Under the pieces are notes generated by a model. It saw nothing but the letters and a program-made list of their open reading frames with translations. It was not told the DNA's origin and ran no database searches. The position numbers and the translations under genes are program-made. Shown here one piece after another: positions 25,265 to 38,096 of a stretch of 64,000 bases of DNA. The stretch comes from Mizuhopecten yessoensis. Taxonomy: Eukaryota. Every line of letters starts with the position of its first letter. Position 1 is the first letter of the stretch. Where the stretch lies: contig NW_018403842.1 in assembly GCF_002113885.1 (NCBI RefSeq), positions 74,291 to 138,290 of the forward strand, read 5' to 3'.

Positions 25265-28200
25265 CTATACAATTTCGCATGCAAAACCTAATTTGTCTGT
25301 GTACAAGGGATGTCAGCGAAAGTAGCGTGATACAGAGCGACGCAGTTTTCATCACGGGTACCGATTGGTTCATTTGGCCCCCAATTGGTTGTTAGGTTAG
25401 CGCCGCTACTCCATAGAAACACATTTTCAGTTTCCTCATCTATGGCGCCTACATAGTAGACTCCGTCAGCTGAAAAAAGGATAGAAAAATAGCAAAATCA
25501 GAATTGGTTTCGTTGATTATTTTTTCAATTTTACTTATATATAACGTGCATTATTATGTGATGGATTAGGGGACATATTATTCAGATATAATTCACTAGG
25601 TTTTCACACACAATCATTCATACCATGGGCCTCTTCGTTTATATAAAAATGCGGAACAACCGGTTTGTTCCTTTTTAAATGTATCATTTTCGTTTATAAG
25701 TCCTAGCAGATCAGATATGCAAATGTGAATGCAGGCCTTGCAAGGCTTTGTCAAGGAGCGCATGCAAACATCATCATATAATTAAGTCCGACCTTATTTC
25801 GTCAACGAACAACTTTGGTCCAATCGGTTCAACCGTTTAGATCGCGATAAATGAAAACGGCCCACGAGTCTGCATGGTACACGGATAGACAATGTTGGAT
25901 TTCATTGTACAAAAGATGATGAGAATTTACCCATTCACCTAAGTTTACTTATTCACATACCTTGGTAGTCAGACAGTCCTGTGACGTAATTCAGCTTCTC
26001 ATCCGTATCTAGGACGGCCAGTCTCTACCACAGAACGACTCCGCCTCAGCCTGTGGTTTCTGTATGTTTTTGAACAGCCCGTTATGCCATTCCAGTGGTG
26101 CATTATACATGAAACCACCAAACTGGCCTGAAATAGAATTCGTTGATGTTAATGATTGTTTTCACTATTTATTGGGGCATGATTTGTAAATGTTATTTTC
26201 ATATCTCGTCCCATTCTCCTTTCTTTGTAGCAACTGTTTCTCTCTCTATGGGTGTATGACGATGATGATGATGATGGCAATATTTTGTTTTTGACGATGA
26301 CTATAACAATGACGTTAGATGATAGTGTGTGCTGGTAATACATGTATGCCGTTGTTGTTGTTGTTGCTGTTGTTGTTGTTGTTACTGTTGTTGTTGCTGC
26401 TGCTGTTGTTGCTGTTGTTGCTTTTGTTGTTGTTNNNNNNNNNNNNNNNNNNNNNNNNNNNNNNNNNNNNNNNNNNNNNNNNNNNNNNNNNNNNNNNNNN
26501 NNNNNNNNNNNNNNNNNNNNNNNNNNNNNNNNNNNNNNNNNNNNNNNNNNNNNNNNNNNNNNNNNNNNNNNNNNNNNNNNNNNNNNNNNNNNNNNNNNNN
26601 NNNNNNNNNNNNNNNNNNNNNNNNNNNNNNNNNNNNNNNNNNNNNNNNNNNNNNNNNNNNNNNNNNNNNNNNNNNNNNNNNNNNNNNNNNNNNNNNNNNN
26701 NNNGATGATGATGATATAACATTACAAAAAAAACCCCAAAAAACCTCTCTCTCTCTCTCTCTCCCTCTCTTTCTCTTTCCGTCCTTTCCTTCTAATTATT
26801 GTTTCTTTTTGGCTCAGATGTTTTTAAATGAACAAAAGTAAACTTATTTCTCTTTTTTTAGATAAATTTCAGTTCTTGATGTTCATGGATAAATTAAGTT
26901 AGTATTCGTAACGTTCACCTTCATATATCTACCTTCCCATAGTTGAAATAATTATAATGAATGGCACTCAAACAAAATATTGCACTGAGTGTAAACATAA
27001 TTCAATCATTTTCAGTCTGGATCACATTCTAATATAGCTTTATCGTTTAACATATACTAATTGATATATTGATCGCTAACATTTCCAGACGTCGTCGCTT
27101 TTCCCTGACAAAACAGAGTATACTTATTCATTAATTCTTATTTACTTGTACACATTTCAAACCCTGAACAGAATCTGTCACCAAGTCACATGTACAGTGT
27201 AAAGCAAACAGCAATTATCAGTACGTCACATAACACATAAGGCAATCTTCAAACACGAGTCGACAGACAACAGTAGAACCATACGCATACATCAGAATAG
27301 AAGCAAACACAGTACAAATGCCCCCAAATAAATAAAACGAATGAGATGCAGAACAAAATAGTATTTTTGCTGTGTGTCATTGATTTTCATCATAGTGGAT
27401 ACAGACACCAGGTCAAAATGACGACCGTTCTTCTCGATCCTTATCATACCGAAACTCTGACTCGCAAGCTTGTCCACAAACACATGTTCGTTTTAGTCGA
27501 CACTGTGTTTTGAAACGGTGTTGGTTGACGGACAGTGCATAAAAGATAGCACGGACAGCAACTGTCACAGGACAAGGACATTTTAAATGAGAGTTTGTTA
27601 ACCTCAATCTTATCCCTAAATCTGATTGGTCCACCGTTTAGCAAAATCAACATGACGGTGCTGACTTTCAGTCAGATAAAAGGTTTGACCTTTAAACTTA
27701 TATCAGCAAACAGTTAGATAAACAGTAAACACTACAACTGGTGTCACTGGTCAGTTATAAAGCATTGAATGTTTAACGAGTATAACAGACATATGATACT
27801 TAGCCAACATACGTCTCCAGAGGTTGTGTCGTAGTACTCGTCTTCCTATCAAGACAGTTACATTCTCCGGTTCCACTGTTATATGAAGCTGCCTTACATT
27901 AAGACGTGTTCGAGCAGCTCGTGAGACAGGTAACCATAGATAACTCCGTAGTGGTCAACAGTGATGGTCCGGACGACCGGTCAGTGCCATCCACGTCCTC
28001 TAGCCAATCGAACGATTAAGAAGACGTCCCTCTCACTGAAATTTGAAGTCATTAATAATGACACTTGTAAACATAATTAAGCAGTTTGATGTTAAATCAT
28101 CACAAATAAAAATTTACATAGTCTGAGTTGTGCACTTTTGAACATAGTAGCAGACGTTTCGGAGAAAGTTAAAAAGCTATTTTTTGTCCTTTATAAGGCA

Positions 28201-28892
28201 ATATAACCCGATGGCAGTTTATAGATGTATCAATTTTGACAACCGTTTCAGGTAACAAATTTACATAAGTGTCACGACACTTGTTTTTGTTTCCTTTTCT
28301 ATTTTATTAAACATGTACATCGGTGTATTGTCAAACAAAATTTGAATAAAACAAAGTTTAAACCAGTTTTGACAACCAATTTATACTTAAATCCGTCAAT
28401 ATTTAATGTTAAATATTGAAGAAATGCAACAACAGCGGCTTGTATCATCCAGCAATATCCAACGTGATGAAATTGGCGTCGCGTTTTGAATTTGTCACAA
28501 CCATTACGTACATGAATTATTTCATTTTGGGATCCACATAAAGCATTACATATTTTTTAATCCAACCCCACCGCTCAGAAAAAATGGTGAGTGTGATTTA
28601 TGCAATTACGATATGCTTTTTGATTTCGTTTTATTACCAAAATTGCCAGTTAAATCTGTTGTCAACATTCGAAACCAAATGTTTTGTTATTCTCAATTTC
28701 TGCATGTCTTTAATGCTGAAAAAGTCCGAAAAATATCAAATATCAGACATTTTAGACAAGCTTCCTTGAATTTAAGAAATTTGTTTTTTTCTCAATATTC
28801 CACATTTTCGTTAATCAGTCAATATACTTACCATGTTGATATCTGGTGTTGATAAGGCAAACCAATGCTAGAATCTTCCTTACGATGTTCAT
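25265..28892 (-). pseudogene. PAN/apple + C-type lectin gene, copy A (pseudogene)
   Basis: Exons 28892-28832 (MNIVRKILALVCLINTRYQH), 28035-27813, 26127-25961, 25469-25265 align with copies B/C. Lesions: two TAA stops and an 11-nt deletion in exon 2, a 10-nt deletion in exon 3, a 2-nt insertion in exon 4; EPN changed to EPI. Confidence 0.88.
26351..26778. repeat. (GTT)n/(GCT)n, (GAT)n and (CT)n microsatellites around an assembly gap (N 26435-26703)
   Basis: Directly visible. Confidence 0.95.
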
Positions 28893-31635
28893 TGCTCTAG
28901 TCTGATCTCAAGTGTTTAAGATACATATGCAAGACTACGCACATGTGTTTTTCTAGGTCCTGAATAGTTACACGATGCCGGTTACAAAGGGAGACAAGGT
29001 AAAGAAGTACAGTCTCACATAATTTATTGGTATGGTAACCACGGATAATAACTTTTGAAACGCTTTAAGACGACCTACGAAGTAGGTTGTTACGGTTCTT
29101 ACTGTAGGGAAAACCCCGTTTTCTTTTGCTGAAAAAATAAGTCGGTCAATAAAAAAATAAATAAAAATACTATAAACGATCAGGTTGACAAGCCATTGTT
29201 GTCGTCCGCTTCTGTCAGTCGGAACTAGATTGTGGCGGCTCTTGCCAATTTTTCTAGAGAGGCCCCGAATAAGGAAAATATGATCGGGGAAACTTGAACG
29301 CGTGAGAGCGACATGATGTTTTATTGTCCCGTCATGTAACCCTTATCATCCAACTAGACACGCTGTTACAAAAGCTAGGTATGATGATACTAACTATTAC
29401 AAGATCTGAAAACACGTATTCCTATGCACAGGCAACGTTAATCTGGTCAATTGTATGGGTAAAAACCCAGTTAGGATTTGATTTGGTAGTTTCAGTGAAT
29501 CTCACTTGAGTAAAGCTTGTTATATCTATCCTTTTTATGTAGTACTTATTATTTCTACAATTGTGACATCACAAGGAAAAGTAAAATGACGTCATGAGTT
29601 GATGGCAATAGCGAAATTGACGATGTTATTTTTGTCTTAATGCAAAAATACAATTTACGATAGTTTGATTCAGTATATAATTAAAACATCTTAAACTCAT
29701 CCTGACCATCATTCAATGAATTTCGTTATTGTGTAAATATGGTAGATTTTAGAAATCCGAAAAAAAACCCAATTTATTCAAATTATCTTAACGTTTAGAA
29801 TCGGACGACATATATATATTTTTTTTTTTTTAAATTTAGTTCGACAGATCTGGGGGTCCAATTAGAGAATTGGTTACAATGAAAAAAAAGCAATATTGTA
29901 AAAAATAACAGATGAGGACATAAACCTGTTTTGTACTAAGAGAGATATTTGTGTATTACACAATTCATATCCATGAGAATTATTTAAAACACACCGTCTT
30001 TAAACGAGACTTGAAAGAAGACATATTACTTTAAAAGATGAGTCAAGTTCACAATAATTAAAAGTTTAAAGCTCCTATTTCCTCGGAGCTGAAATACAAA
30101 TATTTTTACTAGGAGTGGACAGTAAAAGGGTCCATAGGCACATTTGAAAACCCCCATGGATATAAATATTGACGTGGCTTTTTAGAATTAATGATTAACC
30201 TTTCCATCCCTAGGTAAGTTTTGTAGACTCTACCATGCATTTATCTGGACAAGTCCATTATGGTCTACAGTGGTACAATTCATGAGTTTGCTTGATAGCT
30301 CTCATGCCACAGAATATGAAAATTGAATATGTTTTCGTTTCACGAAAAAGCTTATAGTTAAATAGTTATCAAATCTGGACTTTTGATTCTTTTCAATGTC
30401 ATCTTGTTTTGTTTCACAATCTAACAGAAAATATCTACTACAATGTACTAGATAGCTTTACAAAAACAAAAAGTAATTATCATCAGCAAATTACAAGTAA
30501 AAAGGTTCAAAACTGCTGGAAAGTCATTTACAAAACTCAAGGTAGCTCGGGTCTTTCCTGTGGGTTTTTTCTGAGATAACAGAGAACAATGTCACCGGAA
30601 AGGCCATGGAAATGTAATTTACATAACATAAACTTAGGACTGACTTCGTCAAAAGCCTTTGCAAACATCGGTGTAAATAGTATGGACCTATTTTGTTATA
30701 ATCAGTAAATCACATAAGATGTGTTACAGTAAGCACTTTGTTTAAAATTATATAAGTCTTTACATGTTTGCGGTTTTGTAAACGTCGAAAATTAACAGTC
30801 AATAAGTTTGGCTAAAGTCTTTGACAATATTGGAAATACTGACGATGGTCTATAGTTTGTAACACAGTTTTAGACTAGACTTAAAATGGAATCACATTTG
30901 TCCTTTTTGAAACAGCAGTGGTAAATATTATTGTACAAATGCCAGATGTATTGTCTTACCCACAACATGACCATGGGTTGCTTTATTTACCTGTACAGAG
31001 AAACAAGGAAGTACATGTATGTTAATAGAGGAACCATATTTTTCTTTACAAATAAATGAAGTGCTCCACGCTACACCAACGAGCCTTCTTTAAAGTATCA
31101 TTTTGAATAGAAAGATCATTACTACAATTCAAATCTATGATTCTATGATTGTTGTCGGATTATCAAAAATTGATAATGTTAAAAAAACCTAAATCAAATT
31201 TAATAAAAAAGAAAAATACCAGAATGTCAACTGAGATATTATCATTGTCAGCGATTAAATCACATGGGAAAGAACATCAGATACACACAGATATGTATTT
31301 TCTATATTGCAATGCAAGGCAGTAGATATTAACGAATGAATCGTGAGATGATAACATTGTGTGTTAAGGGCGGTATCCCAACACACTGCTGGTGTAATTG
31401 TCAATAATCCACACTACTACTACTTTAATCGTCTCCCACTCCCACGATTCAAAACTTATGTTTTTGGTTGTCTTAATGCAAGTAAGATCAGCCAATACTA
31501 TAAGCTCATCCTCGAAATTTCAGGAATTATACTATGACATGTTAGCTATTTGTTGCCTACAGATGAAAAGAACTGACCAAGAAATGAAAAGCTGATAACT
31601 GTCATTTAAAGATTAAAGGGAAGCGATAACCAAGT

Positions 31636-33121
31636 TCTAGTAAGGCACCAGGCATTGACTCCATCCATGCAGAAATGTTGAAAGCAGACCTGGACAATTC
31701 TTCCAAAGTAATTCATAACCTTTTTAGCAAGATCTGGAAAGAAGACAGTATTCCATCTGACTGGAGTAAAGGCCTTATAGTTAAACTACCCAAAAAAGGG
31801 GATTTACGAAATTGTGACAACTGGAGAGGCATAACACTCTTATCCATCCCAAGTAAAGTCTTTTGTAAGATCTTATTAAACAGAATAGAGGAAAGTCTAG
31901 ACGCAAAACTAAGAGATGAGCAAGCTGGTTTGAGGAGAGGCAGAGGCTGCATAGATCAAATGTTCACGCTCCGAAACATCATCGAGCAATGCATTGAATG
32001 GAATACACCACTGTTCATAAATTTCATTGATTTTCGGAAAGCTTTAGAAAGCATACACAGAGACACACTTTTGAAAAAAGTCAAATCGTATGGTGTTCCA
32101 GAGAAAATATTGAACATGATAAAAGCCTTCTACAACAACTTTGAATGCAGCATCATCCATGGGAATTCCATCTCCAACTCCTTTGAAGTAAGATCAGGAG
32201 TAAGGTAAGGATGCATCTTGTCGCCCATACTGTTTTTATTGGCCATCGTCTGGATACAACGACTGACAACAGCAGGCAGAGGTTGGGGTATCCAGTGGAC
32301 CATGTTTAATCAGCTGGAAGATCTGGACTTTGCTGATGATATTGCCGAATTATCAACTACATCTAACCACCTTCAAGGAAAAACCACCACACTAAACAAC
32401 TATGCAAAACAGGTCGGCTTAAACATAAATGCTAAGAAGACAAAAGTTATGACCATCAACTCAAACAACCAAACACCCATTCTTATCAACAATACATCAA
32501 TTGAGAATTCTGAGGATTTCATCTACCTTGGCAGTGTAATCAGCAAGGACAATGGAGCTGGAAAGGATATCAAAGCCAGACTTGCAAAAGCACGAGGAAC
32601 TTTAGCACGACTTCAGCACATATGGAAGTCCAGCCAATACAGTCTTAAGACCAAACTAAAAATCTATAACAGCAATGTTAAATCTGTTCTTCTGTACGGG
32701 TTTGAATGCTGGAGAATAGAAGTTACTGATCTACAAAAAGTTGAAGCTTTTCACAACAGCTGTCTGAGAAGAATGCACAAGATATTTTGGCCAAAAAAGA
32801 TCAAAAACGAAGAGCTTCTCAAAATAAGCAAAACAAAGAAAATAACAGCAGAGATCAAACAAAGACGATTTAGATGGCTAGGCCATGTATTGCGAATGCC
32901 ACACGACCGCATTATAACGACAGCTTTTCATTGGACACCACCAGGAAAGAGAAAGCCAGGCAGACCACGCAACACTTGGCGAAGAACAGTAACATCAGAA
33001 CTGCAAGAGATGGGTTACAGTTGGGGAAAAGCACAATCTATGGCAAAGGATAGACAGAAGTGGAGGCAGTTTGTTATGGCCTTATTTCCCACCGGGGACG
33101 TAGAGGATAGGTAGGTAGGTA
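31636..33121 (+). mobile_element. 5'-truncated RTE-clade non-LTR retrotransposon (reverse transcriptase + C-terminal region)
   Basis: KAPGIDSI, DWSKGLIVKLPKKGDL..C.NWRGITLLS, EQAG.RRGR.C.DQ, FIDF.KA, VR*GCILSP (CAA>TAA at 32206-32208), DLDFADD, RRFRWLGHVLRM, GKRKPGRPRNTWRR; (TAGG)n tail; 11-bp TSD GATAACCAAGT at 31625-31635 and 33122-33132. Confidence 0.96.
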
Positions 33122-33880
33122 GATAACCAAGTGCAAAGTCGGCTTATATTACCGTTACACTGCCACGCGATGATTTAATGCACATCAAAGGATCAAACTT
33201 CTCTATTTTTTATATCATCGACAAAAGTGCGCGTACACAGCCTTTGACGTCACGAGTGAGCGTAACCCCTTACATTTCGAAGTTGTAGTCATGTACATTC
33301 ATGTTGATATATAATTGTCGTATACAGGAATAAATTTTCAATTCACTGGTGACATGTGACAAATTGTTTTAGCAAGGGATCTAATTTAATATACTTTAGA
33401 AATATTTGACCAATTTATTGTGTTTGAGTTATCTCCCTTTAATATTTTTGACTCGGGACGATATTATTTAAGTGGCTTGGACATGTCTTGCTATAATGAA
33501 TGTCATCGTTTCAATTAATTAAGTCATGATGTCTCTTCAATTTGTTTCGCATATTCTGTTATTATCATTTGGCATTACCTTTGATTAGTCTTTCGTCATG
33601 GCATAATGATTGTTCAGGCTGATGTGTCATTTACTGTGTTCAAGTTGTGACACTTATCATTAGTAAGCATTGTCTTTATATAATATTTGCTGTTACAAAG
33701 TCTTAAGATGCACATACACAAACACCCCTTTAAGAAATAAATATCGGATCATCACAGTTTCCCGATAAATTTACTCCTTTTTTGCTTGTTTGAGGTTTAA
33801 GCCTTATAAACGTTAAAAGTATACTATAACGGTAACACAAAATACTCTGTAAAAGTTAATGTCAAACAAGAGTACTATTT

Positions 33881-34083
33881 CTACACAATTTCGCATGCAA
33901 AATTACAAAGGAATGCACACGAGATGTCAATGAAAGCAGAGTGATATATAGCAACACAGTTTTCGTCACGGTAACGGTTTGGTTCATTGGTATACCAATT
34001 GGTTGTAAGGTTAGCGCCGTTACTCCATACAAACATCCGTTCAGTTTCCTCATCCGTCGCGCCTACAAAGATGAATCTTCCAG
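33881..34083 (-). CDS. PAN/apple + C-type lectin copy B, exon 4 (CTLD C-terminal half, stop)
   Basis: Acceptor TCTTTAG; reads (A)GRFIFVGATDEETERMFVWSNGANLTTNWYTNEPNRYRDENCVAIYHSAFIDISCAFLCNFACEIV*. Full model 61+234+177+203 nt = 224 aa, all GT-AG, phase 1 throughout. Confidence 0.9.
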
Positions 34084-34540
34084 CTAAAGAAAAAGGGGGG
34101 AAAAGAAATAGACAAAGTTAGATTCGTTGATTGGTTTTTGTTTGTTTTTGTTTTGTGTTCTCTGTTTGTTTGGGGTCGGGATGGATATGCAGTTATTTGA
34201 AATTTCATTTCTGATTGAAAACTGTCCGTACTCAGTTGTTGCTATTTCGATGCGTTGATACCAGTTTTGTTTTACAATGGCCAGATTATGATACATAATA
34301 CGTGCCTCACTGAGTGATACATGTAAACATAAATATCCAAAGACAAATGGACAGATAATGTGGAAATAGTATACAGCTTTTGATTTCATTATGACATATG
34401 CCAGGTGTGCAACAATCGTATGGGAGTTTAACTCCTGGAATTCCGAGCATGCCATTTGAAAGTTGAAAGTTGAAATTGACATTGAACGGCATAAGTGTCA
34501 TTTAAAGTACATTTCGGCCGTTATTCACATGTACATGTAC

Positions 34541-34717
34541 CTTGGTAGTCAGACAGTCCTAAGACGTAATTCAGCTTCTCATCTGTATCTAGGACGGCCA
34601 ATCTCCCCTCCAGAGTACCACAGAACGACTCCGCCTCAGCCTGTGTTTTCTTGATGTTTAGGAACAGGCCGATATGCCATTCCAGTTGTGCATTATACAA
34701 GAAACCATCAAAAAGGC
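34541..34717 (-). CDS. PAN/apple + C-type lectin copy B, exon 3 (CTLD N-terminal half)
   Basis: Acceptor TTTCAG, donor GTACAT; reads (R)LFDGFLYNAQLEWHIGLFLNIKKTQAEAESFCGTLEGRLAVLDTDEKLNYVLGLSDYQ. Confidence 0.9.
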
Positions 34718-35272
34718 CTGAAATTAAAAAAAAATAAGAAATTATTAAAATGTTTTCCACTATTGATGACTACACATATCTCTCTCTTTCTCGCACGCAC
34801 AACGTTTCACTTACTCTGGTTGTTGATAGAGATCAATACGTTACGGTCTATGTCACTTGCTAATATAGTTTTATCGATCAATCGATGATCGATAATTATA
34901 TTGATTGAAATTTTCCCAGACGTCTTTCATTTACAAAACAGGGTATTATTTTCATTATTCTTACTGCTCATTTTATTGTGTTGTGTTTTCCATTATTTTA
35001 AACCCCAAAAGGAATGTATTAAAGACGATGTCAGTACTTCAAAACGAGCAAACATACACCACATAGTCGATTCGATAGATTGCAAGTTGGCAAAAAAGAC
35101 GTGTTCTTTAATAAAGATTGATGATGACTATTCCAACATTTTGCAAATATATCATTTCGCCCGAAATAGTGGTGCGGACTTTTTTTCCAATATAACGTTT
35201 TATTGAAAATAATAATCAGAAAATAGTTAGCTCAACAAAACACACTGCAACTGATATTACTCATACATTTTA

Positions 35273-36700
35273 AAGCTGTGTATGTAATACGGATATAAAC
35301 AAAGATATGATACTGAGCTGTGTATACACTAAGCTGTGTATGTAATACGGATATAAACAAAGATATGATACTGAGACGTGTATACACTAAGCTGTGTATG
35401 TAAAACGGATATAAACAAAGATATGATACTGAGACGTGTATACACTAAGCTGTGTATGTAATACGGTATAAACAAATATATGATACTGAGCTGTGTATAC
35501 ACTAAGCTGTGTATGTAATACGGTTATAAACAAAGATATGATACTGATACGTGTATACACTATAAGCTGTGTAAGTAAAACGGATATAAACAAAGATATG
35601 ATACTAAGCTGTGTATAAACTAAGCCGTGTATGTAAAACGGATATCAACAAAGATATGATACTGAGCTGTGTATACACTAAGCTGTGTATGTTATACGGT
35701 ATAAACAAAGATATGATACTGAACCGTGTATACACTAAGCTGTGTATTTAATACGGATATAAACAAAGATATGATACAGAGCTGCGTATACACTAAGCTG
35801 TGTATGTAATAAGGATATAAACAAAGATATGATACTGAGCCGTGTATACACTAAGCTGTGTATGTAATTCGGATATAAGCAAAGATATGATACTGAGCTG
35901 GGTATACACTAAGCTGTGTATGTAATTCGGATATAAGCAAAGATATGATACTGAGCTGGGTATACACTAAGCTGTGTATGTAATTCGGATATAAGCAAAG
36001 ATATGATACTGAGCTGGGTATACACTAAGCTGTGTATGTAATACGGATATAAACAAAGATATGATACTGAGACGTGTATACACTAAACTGTGTATGTAAT
36101 ACGGATATAAACAAATATATGATACTAAGCTGTGTATACACTAAGGTGTGTATGTAATACGGATATAAACAAAGATATGATACTGAGCTGCGTATACACT
36201 AAGCTGGGTATGTAATACGGTATAAACAAATATATGATACTGACCCGTGTATACACTAAGCTTTGTATGTAATACGGATATAAACAAAGCTATGATACTG
36301 AGCTGTGTATACACTAAGCTGTGTCTGTAATACGGATATAAACAAAGATATATTACTGAGACGTGTATACACTAAGCTGTGTATGTAATACGGATATGAA
36401 CAAAGATATGATACTGAGCTGTGTATACACTAAGCTGTGTATGTAATACGGATATGAACAAAGATATAATACTGAGCTGTGAGTACATTAAGCTGTGTAT
36501 GTAATACGGATATAAACAAAGCTATGATACTGAGCTGTGTATACACTAAGCTGTGTATGTAATACAGATATAAACAAAGATATGATACTGAGCTGTGTAT
36601 ACACTAAACTGTGTATGTAATACGGATATGAACAAAGATATAATACTGATCTGTGAGTACATTAAGCTGTGTATGTAATACGGATATAAACAAAGATATT
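35273..36700. repeat. Minisatellite, 58-bp unit (AAGCTGTGTATGTAATACGGATATAAACAAAGATATGATACTGAGCTGTGTATACACT), ~24 copies, in intron 2 of copy B
   Basis: AAGCTGTG at 35273 and 35331 (period 58); highly homogeneous; ends ~13 bp from the exon-2 donor. Confidence 0.96.
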
Positions 36701-36713
36701 ATAGCAAACGTAC

Positions 36714-36947
36714 GGTTCCAAAGGCGATTTCCAAGTTGTGACGTCATACCCGTCTTCCTTTCAAGACAGTTGCATACTCCGGTTCCATCGTTATATGTAG
36801 CTGCCTTACATTTGATAGTGTTCATGCAGCTCGTGAGACAGGCGATCAGGGATAGCTCGGTATTGGTCAACAGTGATGGTCCGTACAACTGGTCAGTGCC
36901 ATCTACGTCCTCCAGCCAATCGGACGCTCTGGATGACGTCCCCCTCA
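36714..36947 (-). CDS. PAN/apple + C-type lectin copy B, exon 2 (PAN/apple-like domain)
   Basis: Reads (V)RGTSSRASDWLEDVDGTDQLYGPSLLTNTELSLIACLTSCMNTIKCKAATYNDGTGVCNCLERKTGMTSQLGNRLWN; CxxxC-x5-C-x4-Y-x6-C spacing is typical of PAN/apple modules; acceptor TTTCAG, donor GTACGT. Confidence 0.88.
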
Positions 36948-37619
36948 CTGAAATTTCAAGTGACTACATATGACACTTGTAAACATAATCAAGCAGTTAA
37001 ATTTTTATTCATCCCATACAAATCTGTACAGTGTATCCGTTGTGGAATTCTAAACAAAGTAGCAGACGTTTCGTCCAAAGACGGAAAGATATTTTTTTGT
37101 CTGGTATCAAGCTTAATAAACAGTTTATAGATAAATTAATTTTGACAACCAATTTATATTGAAATCCTTACATATAAATATGTTATATATATTGGAGACA
37201 GGCAGCAACTGTGGCTGGAATCATCTAGCAATATCCAACGTTTTGGAAATGTTGTAATTTTTAAAATATTTTACAATCATCACATACATGAAAAAAATAT
37301 TACATTACACATTTTCGACATTTAAATCAAACCTCACCTCTCAGGAAAACTGGTGAGTGTAATTTATAAAATTTCTATTTTAATGTTTTTAATTTCGTTT
37401 AATTACCGCGATTGCCTGTAAAAACCGTTTTCAACATTCGTAACTAAACATTTTGTTCACGAAAAAATGTTACTATCATTTACTGCATGCCAATTATACT
37501 CAATAATGAATCCGAGAAATATAAATTATATCAGAATTTAATACAATTTTCCTTCAACTTCACTTTTTTTTTTTCATTTTGAATATTCCACTATTTTATT
37601 AACACATTAATATACTTAC

Positions 37620-37680
37620 CATGTTGATATCTGGTGTTGATAAGATAAACCAATGCTAGAATCTTCCTTACGATGTACAT
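37620..37680 (-). CDS. PAN/apple + C-type lectin copy B, exon 1 (probable signal peptide)
   Basis: ATG at 37680; MYIVRKILALVYLINTRYQH; donor GTAAGT; conserved in all three copies. Confidence 0.85.
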
Positions 37681-37716
37681 TGCTGTAGTCTGATCTCAAG
37701 TGTTTAAGATACATAT

Positions 37717-38096
37717 GCAAGACCACGCACTTGTGTTTTTCTAACGAATCAGAAAGCACTCATTTATTGCGCGGACGAATATATTCACGAGTGCGCGGAG
37801 TTCACGAGTGAATATATTCGTCCGCGCAATAAATGAGTGCTTTCTGATTCGTTAGAAAAACACAAGTGTGTGGTCTTGCTTTCATCACATACCTTCCGTA
37901 TTTGGTAGAGATCGATACAAAGATTTTATAAACTTTGATGATATTTTTGGCAAATACCGGGAACTTTTCAGCTCGCCATGACATGGGAATTCCCCTAAAA
38001 AGTAGTTCCGGCTAGTATGGTGATACCATACCGACAGAAAACATCAACAGAAAATTGTTCTATTACTATTGTAAGATTACATAGGTATGTGATAAA
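37717..38096. mobile_element. Non-autonomous split-palindrome element with a 72-bp near-perfect hairpin, ~36 bp upstream of the copy B start codon
   Basis: Arms 37717-37788 and 37808-37879 (1 mismatch, 19-nt loop); distal end AGGTATGTGATAAA (38083-38096) is complementary to TTTCATCACATACCT that follows the right arm; absent at the equivalent site of copy C. Confidence 0.8.

Noticed and set aside
26315-26841. Poly-Leu/Cys/Val/Asn ORFs
   Set aside because: Translation of a (GTT)n microsatellite and an N gap.
33862-34053. ORF-track peptides at 25185, 33862 and 43340 (MRKLNG.../MNQSV...)
   Set aside because: Wrong reading frame; the real frame is the CTLD exon 4 with EPN.
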